Assembly (NCBI GenBank): GCA_050633245.1
Contig: JBOEGD010000024.1
Location: forward strand, 32,001-96,000
Source of the DNA: Calditrichia bacterium
GTDB lineage: Bacteria > Calditrichota > Calditrichia > RBG-13-44-9 > J075
DNA length: 64,000 nucleotides
Direction of reading: 5' to 3'
The translations under genes and the position numbers were made by a program. Of this stretch, positions 1-8,803 are shown piece after piece (position 1 is the first letter of the stretch; the number at the start of each line of letters is the position of its first letter). Below the pieces are notes generated by a model that made no database searches, had not been told where the DNA came from, and worked only from the letters and a program-made list of their open reading frames with translations.

Positions 1-542
1 GTTACTGCATTGCTCAGCACGACTTCCAATGCTTTTACGCCTGCGCCGGTTTCGGCTGATGTGAACAAAAAAGAATAGCCAATTTTTTCGTAATATTCTG
101 CATATCGCAAAAACTCCGCTTTATCGGCAAGATCAATCTTATTCAGGCAGATGAGCGCATTAAGCTCATTTTTCTCTGCGATGACCAAATAACGATCGAG
201 TATCCCCGGCTTGAAGGCCGGACTCTTTGCAGAAAGAATGATAAGCAGTTGATCTATGTTTGCAGCAATAATGTGCTCGTGGTGGGCACGGCTTTCGATT
301 GTTCGAGATAGCTGCGAGGTTCTGGGATGAACTTCTTCTATAATTCCCTTAATGTCTGTATTGGGATCAGAGTTGAGCGAGATGTCTACATTATCACCGG
401 CCTTGATGGGTGTGAATCCCGATTTTTTGCCCGCGAGCTTACCGCGAAGCGTGCAGGTGATTCGCTCATTGTCCACCAGAACGATGTAGGTCATTCTGGT
501 GGCGGTTAATACTTTTCCGGTTTTCACGAGGGAGGTCGTCAT
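1..542 (-). CDS. rsgA: Ribosome small subunit-dependent GTPase A (5' part; runs off the window start)
   Basis: Manual translation from ATG at 542: MTTSLVKTGKVL...CTLRGKL...AGDNV...HPRTSQLSR...IIAANIDQ...LDRYLV...LNKIDL...TSAETGAG. This is the RsgA OB domain plus the NKxD (G4) motif of the circularly permuted GTPase. Not in the ORF track because it is truncated. Confidence 0.93.
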   Translation of the reverse strand, partial: MTTSLVKTGKVLTATRMTYIVLVDNERITCTLRGKLAGKKSGFTPIKAGDNVDISLNSDPNTDIKGIIEEVHPRTSQLSRTIESRAHHEHIIAANIDQLLIILSAKSPAFKPGILDRYLVIAEKNELNALICLNKIDLADKAEFLRYAEYYEKIGYSFLFTSAETGAGVKALEVVLSNAV

Positions 543-552
543 GCTGGAACGG

Positions 553-2706
553 TTAGAATCCAAAGAGATTACGGGATTTGCGCTGATTACCCGCAATATG
601 GATGTCGCAGCTACCCGAGACGCGAAACTTATTGTTGAAAATTTCAGAATATACATCCGGGCATGAACTGACTGCACGCTTTCCGCTTTCTCTACAGACT
701 TCCAGGCGAGAAACGTCTGGTGGTTGTTTAAAGTTGTCTGCGGGGATTTTCTCGGCATCGTACAGCGTCTTCATAAAGTCGCCCCAGAATGGCAGCGCAG
801 CGCGTGAACCAACTCCCTCAGGCCCCATCTTCAGTTCAGGAGAATCCAGACCTACCCATACACCGGCAGTTACGTTTGGCGTATATCCAATAAACCAGGC
901 ATCGGCATAATCGTTTGTTGTCCCGGTTTTTCCGGCAGCGGGTGCGCGGAAATTGTAGAGTGAGCGAATGCGGATACCGGTTCCATGGTCAATTACATCG
1001 CTCAACATATCTGTCATGATATAAGCACTGGCGCGGCTGATAACTTCCTGACGCTTTGGAAAGCGCTCATAAATAACGTTGCCGTAGCGATCTTCAACGC
1101 GTCTAATAAAAATGGGATCGACGCGCACGCCGTTGTTTGCCAATACACCAAATGCATTTACCATTTCGATAGGAATGGTTCCGGTACTGCCCATAGCCAG
1201 ACTGGGATAAGGCTCCAGTGACGTGCTGATCCCCATTCGTCGCGCATAATTCACTACTTGCTGCGGTCCGATATCCAAAATTAAACGCGCGGCGATAATG
1301 TTTAATGATTTTTTAACGCCGGTACGCAGACTGGTGAGCCCGCCAAATGTGCGATCATAGTTTTCGGGCGTCCAGCGCGAGCCGTCTCCGTTGTTGATCA
1401 CGACCGGCTGATTCAACAGCTTGTCGATTGGCGTGTAGCCATTGTCAATTGCAGCGGTGTAAAGAAACGGTTTGAAGGTCGAGCCTGGCTGTCGGCGCGC
1501 CTGTAGAGCACGATTAAACTTTGTCTTCTTAAAATCGCGTCCACCAATCATTGCTTTTACTTCACCCGTGCGATGATCCATAGCGATAAAGGCAATCTGC
1601 AGAATGCTTTTTTCCATGAAGGCAGAGTCGCTGATTGCTTCACCGGTTTCTTTCTCTTTCTTTCTAAACTCGGATTTTAAATACTTGCGCACCTTTGCCT
1701 GAATGTCCGGCATTTGACGGGCAACCGCGCTGTCCATAGCAGCTTGATAACCGCTATGCAAAGTGGTAAACACATTCAGTCCGTCTTCATACACATCGAT
1801 GTTCAGAGAATCCTGCAGGGCATTTAGCTCCTGACGTACATGCTCGGTAAAATAAGGAGCAGTTCCGACGCCGAGTTTCCAGTTGCGTGCCTCAATATCA
1901 ATAACCTTCAGACTGTCATAGGTTTGCCGAGTCAGGTCCTTTGTGACAAACATATTGTGCATAACGACATTTCGACGCAGTTTTGCGCGCTCAGGATGTC
2001 TGGCAGGATTATAAACAGCAGGTCCTTTTAACAGACCAACAAGCAAGGCACCTTCTTCAATACTCAGTTCACTCGCTTCTTTGTCGAAATAACGACGTGC
2101 CGCACTCTGCAGACCGTAAGAACCTCTGCCAAAGTAGGCGACGTTGAGATACATCTCCAGAATTTCACGTTTGGAATAGGTGCGTTCTATCTGTATCGCG
2201 GTAATTGCTTCGCGAATTTTACGGGTGATGCTTCTTTCAAAGCCGATCTTTTTCTGATAGAGATTGCGAGCGACTTGCATGGTTATGGTACTGGAACCCT
2301 GACTGAAACTCATGTTGCGTAAATTTACCAATGCTGCTCGGGGGACTCGTTTTACATTTATTCCCCAATGATCAAAGAATTCCCGATCTTCAGTGGCAAG
2401 GGTTGCTTCCATGACATGTTCAGGAACATTGTCCAGAGAAACCCAGATGCGATTGTTGCGATAAAGCTCGTGCATCACTTTACCGTCGGAAGAGAAAAGA
2501 CGGGTAACCTGTGCGGGATTTACGTTCTCCAGATCATCCAGCGGGGGCAGGCCATTGTAGATAAAAATGCTATAGGCAAGTAATGCGATTGCTGCGATGC
2601 TCAAAAAGCCGAGGAGAATACGTTTTTTCCAGGGATTGATCGGCTCTTGATAGTTGAAAGACTCTTCAGCCGGCTCAGATTGGCGTTCAAGAAAATATTC
2701 AGACAT
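553..2706 (-). CDS. mrcA: Class A penicillin-binding protein (PBP1A; transglycosylase + transpeptidase)
   Basis: N-terminal TM helix; transglycosylase motifs EDREFFDHWG, GSSTITMQ, RKIRE; transpeptidase motifs GSTFK (SxxK), SLN (SxN) and KTGT. Confidence 0.93.
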   Translation of the reverse strand: MSEYFLERQSEPAEESFNYQEPINPWKKRILLGFLSIAAIALLAYSIFIYNGLPPLDDLENVNPAQVTRLFSSDGKVMHELYRNNRIWVSLDNVPEHVMEATLATEDREFFDHWGINVKRVPRAALVNLRNMSFSQGSSTITMQVARNLYQKKIGFERSITRKIREAITAIQIERTYSKREILEMYLNVAYFGRGSYGLQSAARRYFDKEASELSIEEGALLVGLLKGPAVYNPARHPERAKLRRNVVMHNMFVTKDLTRQTYDSLKVIDIEARNWKLGVGTAPYFTEHVRQELNALQDSLNIDVYEDGLNVFTTLHSGYQAAMDSAVARQMPDIQAKVRKYLKSEFRKKEKETGEAISDSAFMEKSILQIAFIAMDHRTGEVKAMIGGRDFKKTKFNRALQARRQPGSTFKPFLYTAAIDNGYTPIDKLLNQPVVINNGDGSRWTPENYDRTFGGLTSLRTGVKKSLNIIAARLILDIGPQQVVNYARRMGISTSLEPYPSLAMGSTGTIPIEMVNAFGVLANNGVRVDPIFIRRVEDRYGNVIYERFPKRQEVISRASAYIMTDMLSDVIDHGTGIRIRSLYNFRAPAAGKTGTTNDYADAWFIGYTPNVTAGVWVGLDSPELKMGPEGVGSRAALPFWGDFMKTLYDAEKIPADNFKQPPDVSRLEVCRESGKRAVSSCPDVYSEIFNNKFRVSGSCDIHIAGNQRKSRNLFGF

Positions 2707-2835
2707 AGTTGTACCATTTTTATATGCGTATTGTATCTATTGAAACTGGACCAGCAGCGTATTTCGACCAGTTCTCCACGTGTTCAGGGGCACGAAATTA
2801 ATTTATAAAAAACATAGCCTATTACCTAGATCAAA

Positions 2836-2861
2836 TAAAGTTGATTGTGCTATGCCGATAA
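2836..2861 (+). promoter_or_regulatory. Sigma-28 (FliA/SigD)-like promoter
   Basis: TAAA(2836-39)-N14-GCCGATAA(2854-61), about 65 nt upstream of the TPR gene. The spacer is 1 nt shorter than the enterobacterial TAAA-N15-GCCGATAA consensus. Confidence 0.55.
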
Positions 2862-2927
2862 TAGATAGACTCTAAAACTGCCGATTTTTATTTACTTCTG
2901 TTTTTACTGTAAAACCGGGGATCTCTT

Positions 2928-4607
2928 GTGCTTAAAGCACTTTCTACACTCTTGCTATTCTGCTTATTGCTTGCAGGCTGCAGTAGCAGTAAGCCCTTTG
3001 TCGAAACGAAGCCGGTTCCCGAAAGTTCCTCTGTCTCTTCTCCTGCCGAACAACACTATCTTGCTGGTGCCTTATTCGACTTTGAAGATAAATACCACCA
3101 GGCGCTGTTGGAATATTACAAGGCACTGGTTTACGACTCTACGTCCGCGCAGGTAAATATGGCAATCGGACGTGACCTTTTTCGCATTCGGCAGTTTCAA
3201 AATGCTGTTACGTACTTAAAACGCGCTCTTCAGTTCAATCCTGAACATGAAGAAGCGCTGTATTTCCTCGGTGAGAGCAATACCCATATGCAGAATTTTG
3301 GACATGCGACAACAGCCTTCGAGCGGTTGTATGCGATAAAACCATTCCATCCACTATATCGCGGAAAGCTCGAACGGCTTTATGAGAAGATTGGCAGCAT
3401 CGATAAGTTGGTGATGTTGAAAGAAGAGACGGTTGAGAAATTTGGACTGTCTCACGAGTCTGCCTATCAGCTGCTTACACTTTACATGCGCGCCAATCGC
3501 TTCAACAGCGCCAGAGAGTTGCTTGAACGCATCCTCGAGATTGAGCCGGACAAGGCGCTGCATTGGTCGGTTTACGGCAATATTCTGGAGGTGGAACGCG
3601 ATACGACGGCTGCTGTGCAGGCCTACCGAAAAGCGCTGGAATACGAGCCGTTTAACAGCAAGGCACAGCAGCAGCTTTTTATGCTGCTATTGGATAACAA
3701 AAACTCCCGCGCTGTAGTTCGTTATTTTAGTGAGTTGGTGCAGCTGGATGGCAGCAACCACCAGGCGCGTCTGTTTTTGGCTGAAGGCTATCTTTATCAG
3801 GAGAACTTTACCGCCGCTATTGCCGCGATTCAGCCGGCGTTGGAAGTATCTCGCTATCGTGCTTCAGCACACCAACTCTTGGGGCGTATTGCTGTATCTC
3901 GTAATCAGCCACAGGAAGCAATGACGCATTTTCGTGCGCTCACCGAACTCGAGCCGGATAATCGTCAGGCTTGGGAGCTGTTGGGCGTGTTTCATCTACA
4001 GCTGGATGATACCGAGACTGCAGCCGACGTTCTGGGAAGAGCCGCAGAGCGATTTCCCGCGGATGCTCGCCTACTTTCGTTGTATGGCAATGCGTTACAG
4101 CGCTCCGGCCGCTATCGCGATGGACTTGAACCCCTGCAGCGCGCGCAGTTTCTTGATCCGGAAGACCTCACCACAATTCTTACCCTCGGGCTTGTCTATG
4201 AAAACTTACGAATGTTTAGTCATCTGGATTCCCTTTACAGTCAGGCACTGGACCGCTACCCGGAAAATGCTCTCCTCTTAAATAACTATAGTTACTCGTT
4301 GGTCGATCGAGGTGTCGAGCTGCAAAAGGCGCTTGCTCTTGCCCAACGTGCAATTGAGCTGGAGCCGGATAACGGTGCCTACATGGATACAATTGGCTGG
4401 ATTTACTATCATCTCGAAGATTATGATGCCGCATTAAGCTATATAAAAAAGGCGGTCCGGCAGCGACAGGAAAGTGCTGTGGTTCTGGAACACCTTGGTG
4501 ATGTCTATTATCGACTGGGTAATTTAACCCAGGCAATTCACTATTGGCGCCTCGCATTAGAGAAAGATCCCGAGAATACCTCGTTGCTACAGAAAGTTGA
4601 AAAATAA
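2928..4607 (+). CDS. TPR-repeat lipoprotein
   Basis: Lipobox LAGC, multiple TPR repeats, and a C-terminal NNYSY...YMDTIGWIYY...LEHLGD segment typical of this TPR lipoprotein family. Confidence 0.88.
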   Translation: MLKALSTLLLFCLLLAGCSSSKPFVETKPVPESSSVSSPAEQHYLAGALFDFEDKYHQALLEYYKALVYDSTSAQVNMAIGRDLFRIRQFQNAVTYLKRALQFNPEHEEALYFLGESNTHMQNFGHATTAFERLYAIKPFHPLYRGKLERLYEKIGSIDKLVMLKEETVEKFGLSHESAYQLLTLYMRANRFNSARELLERILEIEPDKALHWSVYGNILEVERDTTAAVQAYRKALEYEPFNSKAQQQLFMLLLDNKNSRAVVRYFSELVQLDGSNHQARLFLAEGYLYQENFTAAIAAIQPALEVSRYRASAHQLLGRIAVSRNQPQEAMTHFRALTELEPDNRQAWELLGVFHLQLDDTETAADVLGRAAERFPADARLLSLYGNALQRSGRYRDGLEPLQRAQFLDPEDLTTILTLGLVYENLRMFSHLDSLYSQALDRYPENALLLNNYSYSLVDRGVELQKALALAQRAIELEPDNGAYMDTIGWIYYHLEDYDAALSYIKKAVRQRQESAVVLEHLGDVYYRLGNLTQAIHYWRLALEKDPENTSLLQKVEK

Positions 4608-4700
4608 GTTGCTCGCCTTTGACGATTTATTAATATTGATCCACTGGGAAGTAAGCCACCAGAAAGATTACGTAAATCGTTAAAAACCGGAAAGTCACGT

Positions 4701-5504
4701 ATGCCAATCCTTCAGTTCGTTTTACGCAAACAAAAGAGAATTTTGCTCGCAATCGCCTGCTGTCTGTTTTTTGCCGGATGTGCCGGAAGTGGTATGCGAA
4801 ATTTCGGTGTAAAGCCGTTTCTGAACTCTTTGGATACCTGGCCGGAAGAATATCAGTCGAACTTTGAACAAATTCGCACTTTCTCTGGTTCAGCTCGACT
4901 GTCGATTGAATCGGAACAGTTCAATGGAAACGTTTCTTTGAAAACGAACTGGGTTCGTCCGGATAGGCTTTATCTTCAGGCTGAAGGCCCGCTTGGCCTT
5001 GATGTTGGCAAAATATTTATTGGTGAAAACCGATTTATGGTCTACAATCAGTACAATAATCATTTTACCTCGGGCAGTATTCGCGACCCTTATTTAAATC
5101 GCTTTATGCAGACCAATATTACGCTGAGCGAACTTCGCCATACCGTACTTGGCTACGTGCTCGAACCCGATTCTCCCAAGCAGCTCACCAATCGCACGCA
5201 CGGAATTTTCACAGCACGGTCGATTGAAGATGATATTGACTATCGCTATGTGGTGAACCCGGAGAGTGGTTTACTCGAAACCTGTGAGTTGAGCAGAGAA
5301 TCCCGCGTCTTTTTGCGACAGGATTTTAAGAATTATCGCAATATAGACGGCATCTATCTGCCAATGATTATTCAAATTACGCTTCCCGATCAGAAAGAGC
5401 GTATTTCTATTTTCTATAAATCCGTAGAACTTAATCGGCCGCTGGATTTGGCTAAGCACACCATTGAAATCAGCAGCAAAGTGCAACAACTCAACCTGAA
5501 TTAA
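4701..5504 (+). CDS. DUF4292/LolB-like lipoprotein
   Basis: Lipobox FAGC, beta-rich, GPLGLDVGK segment; follows the TPR lipoprotein gene as is common in FCB genomes. Confidence 0.6.
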   Translation: MPILQFVLRKQKRILLAIACCLFFAGCAGSGMRNFGVKPFLNSLDTWPEEYQSNFEQIRTFSGSARLSIESEQFNGNVSLKTNWVRPDRLYLQAEGPLGLDVGKIFIGENRFMVYNQYNNHFTSGSIRDPYLNRFMQTNITLSELRHTVLGYVLEPDSPKQLTNRTHGIFTARSIEDDIDYRYVVNPESGLLETCELSRESRVFLRQDFKNYRNIDGIYLPMIIQITLPDQKERISIFYKSVELNRPLDLAKHTIEISSKVQQLNLN

Positions 5505-5511
5505 TCCCCCT

Positions 5512-6441
5512 ATGGAAATATCTGTTGTTATCCCTGCTTATAATGAAGCAGAGTCGCTGCCGGAGTTGATGAAGCAGCTGACCACCAGTTTACAAGCTCT
5601 GAATATGACCTACGAGATTATCGTGGTTGATGACGGTAGCAGTGATGGCTCTGATGAGCTGTTGCGATCTCTGTCTGCTGAATACCCGCACCTCAAGGCA
5701 CTCATCTTTCGTCGGAATTACGGAAAGAGTCCGGCTTTATCGGAGGGCTTTCGCGAGGCACGAGGCAAATTCGTCATCACGATGGATGGCGATTTGCAGG
5801 ATGACCCCAAGGAAATTCCCAATCTGCTCGCCAAGCTCGATGAAGGTTACGACCTGGTTTCCGGTTGGAAAAAGAAGCGGCACGATCCGCTGTCCAAACG
5901 ATTACCTTCAAAGTTATTTAACTATATTGTGTCACGCGCTGCCAAGCTGGATCTAAACGATTTTAACTGTGGGTTGAAAGCATATCGCAATGAGGTTGTG
6001 AAAGATTTGCAGGTCTATGGTGAACTGCATCGCTTTTTACCGTTCCTGGCAAATGCCAAGGGCTATCGCGTAAGCGAAATCCCGGTGCAGCATCACCCAC
6101 GGGTGCACGGTGTAAGCAAATATGGCGCGAAACGTTATCTGAATGGCGCATTCGATTTGATGACGGTTCTCTTTCTCACCCGGTTCCGCACATCACCACT
6201 GCATATCTTTGGCACTATTGGTTTAATGAGCTTTCTGACAGGATTTTTAATCGAATCCTATCTTATCTCATTATGGCTTATGGGCGAGGGGATAGGCAGA
6301 CGTCCGCTGTTTTTGTGGGGAATTTTTATGATTTTGATGGGCGTGCAGTTTGTGGGGTTTGGGCTTATTGCTGAAATGATCTCTGCCGGCCAGGCGGAGA
6401 ACGTGCGCTATACCATTCGTGAGGTTATCGGCGGAGACTGA
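5512..6441 (+). CDS. GT2 glycosyltransferase, polyprenol-phosphate glycosyltransferase (ArnC/GtrB-like)
   Basis: ISVVIPAYNE, VVDDGSSD, RNYGKS, MDGDLQDDP motifs and two C-terminal TM helices. Confidence 0.9.
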   Translation: MEISVVIPAYNEAESLPELMKQLTTSLQALNMTYEIIVVDDGSSDGSDELLRSLSAEYPHLKALIFRRNYGKSPALSEGFREARGKFVITMDGDLQDDPKEIPNLLAKLDEGYDLVSGWKKKRHDPLSKRLPSKLFNYIVSRAAKLDLNDFNCGLKAYRNEVVKDLQVYGELHRFLPFLANAKGYRVSEIPVQHHPRVHGVSKYGAKRYLNGAFDLMTVLFLTRFRTSPLHIFGTIGLMSFLTGFLIESYLISLWLMGEGIGRRPLFLWGIFMILMGVQFVGFGLIAEMISAGQAENVRYTIREVIGGD

Positions 6442-6483
6442 GCTTGGGCTGCTTCGCTGGTTTCTTCTTGAGGCTATTCTACT

Positions 6484-7518
6484 ATGAACCGCTATTCCTT
6501 CTTCTCGATTATCGTACCTTCCTATAATCGTCTCGATGAAATTACCGAGATGCTCACATCTATTCAACAAATGGATTTCCCGCCCAATCGCTTCGAATTA
6601 ATTATTGCTGATGACGGCTCAACAGACGCCACGGCGGAATACATTCGCAGCCAAACGGATAATTGCGCATTCTCTCTGAGGCTGCTGCAGCAGGAGAATC
6701 AAGGTCCGGGGGCAGCCAGAAATCTGGGGCTTGCCGCGGCTGAAGGCGATTTCTTTATCTTCATTGATTCAGACTGCACCGTTGCGCCAAACTGGCTTCG
6801 GGCGATTGACAAAGGGCTGAGCGCTGAACAGGCTGATGCCTTTGGTGGTCCCGATTCGTATCGTGAGGATTTTTCTTCATTGCTTAAGGCAATTAATTAC
6901 TCGATGACCTCATTTTTGACCACTGGTGGTATTCGCGGTGGTAAGAAGCGAATTGGCAAATTCTATCCGCGTAGTTTCAATATGGGATTATCACGGGCGG
7001 TATATGAGAAAATCGGTGGTTTCGGAGGACTTCGCCATGGACAGGATATTGAGTTTAGTCATCGCATTATAAAAAGTGGTGCTCGTGTTCGTCTAATAGA
7101 AAATGCGGTAGTCTTTCACAAACGCCGCACATCTTTACGCAAATTCTTCCGACAGGTATTTAATTGGGGCATAGCTCGTATTAATCTGTACAAGATTGAT
7201 AACGCGATGTTGGAGCTTGTGCATGCCTTACCGGCAATTGCCACATTTGGTTTCCTTGTTTTGGCTGTTGCGGCCTGTTTTTCTTCGGTAATATTAACCC
7301 TTCTTGGCGGGCTGGTGGCTTTAGCTATGCTGCTTATAGCGCTGTCCGCAATGCATTCGATGATCGTCTACAAAGACTGGAAACAACTATTTTTGCTTCC
7401 GGTGGTTATGCCGACGCAAATTCTTGGCTATGGGTTGGGTTTTGGAATTGCGTATATCTTGCGGGTTGTGTTTAATGGTGCTGTTTTTACTGGGTTTACG
7501 AAAAAATACTATCATTGA
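6484..7518 (+). CDS. GT2 glycosyltransferase
   Basis: SIIVPSYN, ADDGSTD, GPGAARN, FIDSDC, GQDIE and QVFNWG motifs; C-terminal TM helices. Confidence 0.9.
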   Translation: MNRYSFFSIIVPSYNRLDEITEMLTSIQQMDFPPNRFELIIADDGSTDATAEYIRSQTDNCAFSLRLLQQENQGPGAARNLGLAAAEGDFFIFIDSDCTVAPNWLRAIDKGLSAEQADAFGGPDSYREDFSSLLKAINYSMTSFLTTGGIRGGKKRIGKFYPRSFNMGLSRAVYEKIGGFGGLRHGQDIEFSHRIIKSGARVRLIENAVVFHKRRTSLRKFFRQVFNWGIARINLYKIDNAMLELVHALPAIATFGFLVLAVAACFSSVILTLLGGLVALAMLLIALSAMHSMIVYKDWKQLFLLPVVMPTQILGYGLGFGIAYILRVVFNGAVFTGFTKKYYH

Positions 7519-7525
7519 TTAGCAC

Positions 7526-7557
7526 AAAAAAAACAGGGGACGATGAATCGTCCCCTG
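7526..7557 (-). terminator. Intrinsic terminator of the candidate sRNA (the stem may also act on the + strand GT2 operon)
   Basis: 10-bp GC-rich stem 7534-7543/7548-7557 with a 4-nt loop; A8 at 7526-7533 is U8 on the minus strand. Confidence 0.8.
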
Positions 7558-7592
7558 CGGAGTTGGGAGGGAGGTTTTGACCTCGAAAGGTC
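7526..7592 (-). ncRNA. Candidate ~67-nt small RNA with C-rich anti-SD linker
   Basis: Minus strand reads GACCU-UUCG-AGGUC hairpin, AAAACCUCCCUCCCAACUCC single-stranded linker, then a CAGGGGACGA/UCGUCCCCUG 10-bp stem followed by U8. It has its own TTGACA-N17-TATATT promoter, and both flanking genes are on the + strand. Confidence 0.7.
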
Positions 7593-7597
7593 AAAGG

Positions 7598-7626
7598 AAT
7601 ATAGCTTTTGTGTAGATTTTTGTCAA
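7598..7626 (-). promoter_or_regulatory. Sigma-70 promoter for the candidate sRNA
   Basis: TTGACA (7626-7621), 17-nt spacer, TATATT (7603-7598), with an A-tract UP-like element upstream. Confidence 0.75.
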
Positions 7627-7731
7627 GTGATTTTTTTAACTTTCTCAGCGAATAGTCAGTGTGTAGGTAAATAGACATAAATTTGTAACGCAAATTGAAC
7701 ATTAGATTTGTATGAAGCCTTGAGTGGAAAT

Positions 7732-8685
7732 ATGCTTGGAGAACACTTTTTAAATTGGGGTATTGTTGCCCAGGAACAAGATGGGTATCCCATTGACTGG
7801 CAGCATATATTCGGACGTATCGCGCCGATTGGAATCGAAATCGGTTTTGGCAATGGCGAATATCTGTTGGAGTGGTCGCGTCGTCAGCCGGACTGGAATT
7901 TAATTGGCATGGAAGTGTCGCTGGAGTCGATGGAGCGCTGCCAAATGCGCATGCGCAAGCACCAGGTTCAACATGCGCGTCCACTTTACTGCGATGCCCG
8001 ATTTGGCCTAAAGGAGTTTTTCGCTCCAGAATCTATCGACCATGTCGTTATGAACTATCCCGACCCGTGGCCAAAGCGTCGTCACGATAATCGTCGATTA
8101 ATCAGCGGAAACTTCCCGGACGTATTGGCCTCTGGTTTAAAGACCGGCTGCTTTTATGAACTGGTTACCGATCAGGAGTTTTACGTGCGTGAGGCGGCAG
8201 AACGGTTTGCAGATTCCCCCTTTTTTGATACCTCACCAGTGGAACGCAATCCGGAGCGGTCAGTTAAAACGAAATACGAACGTAAATGGGATGAGATGGG
8301 ACGCGATTGCTTTCGTTTATTGGCACGCAAGATAAAGCAATCCAGTCCAAATAGATTACTGGAGAACTCGGAAATGCCGCATACTTTTTTGACTCGTGAA
8401 CCCGAATTAATGCTCGTTCGTAAACTACAGGATTTTACTCATCGCGATAAGCATGGTTTGGTTACGGTAAAGCAAATTTTTAAAAATACAGAGCAGGATG
8501 GTTATCTTCTGAAGGTGGTCGCAAAGGATATTGACTACAAGCAGAGTTTCTTCGTGTTAATAAAGCCACATGAGGATGGACGCTGGATTGTAAAGCTCGA
8601 TCAGGGGGCTCTTCCCTATCGTACACCGGCGGTTAAAATGGCGGTTTGGGAGATCGGAAACGCCCTTGTGGAGAGCCTTTCCTGA
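7732..8685 (+). CDS. trmB: tRNA (guanine-N7)-methyltransferase with ~100-aa C-terminal extension
   Basis: EIGFGNGEYL, IGMEVS, MNYPDPWPKRRH, VTD and KTKYERK motifs. Start set at ATG 7732 (the track starts at TTG 7708). Confidence 0.92.
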   Translation: MLGEHFLNWGIVAQEQDGYPIDWQHIFGRIAPIGIEIGFGNGEYLLEWSRRQPDWNLIGMEVSLESMERCQMRMRKHQVQHARPLYCDARFGLKEFFAPESIDHVVMNYPDPWPKRRHDNRRLISGNFPDVLASGLKTGCFYELVTDQEFYVREAAERFADSPFFDTSPVERNPERSVKTKYERKWDEMGRDCFRLLARKIKQSSPNRLLENSEMPHTFLTREPELMLVRKLQDFTHRDKHGLVTVKQIFKNTEQDGYLLKVVAKDIDYKQSFFVLIKPHEDGRWIVKLDQGALPYRTPAVKMAVWEIGNALVESLS

Positions 8686-8803
8686 TTAAAAATCTCTTGC
8701 GATCTTATGGCTAAACAGTTAACATAATTATAATTGAATAAAAAAAGATAGAGAAAATGATAAGTATAAAGAAAAAGAAAAAAAAAGAACAGGTGGTATA
8801 TGA

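Noticed and set aside
7496-7984. 162-aa minus-strand ORF over trmB and the sRNA, plus other short antisense or nested track ORFs (e.g. 49000-49653, 21618-22061)
   Set aside because: Shadow ORFs of well-supported genes, with no protein-family features.
8730-8790. A-rich purine tract upstream of recJ and the antisense ORF 8616-8936
   Set aside because: Low-complexity leader with no repeat unit or structure; the Phe/Leu/Tyr-rich ORF is its by-product.
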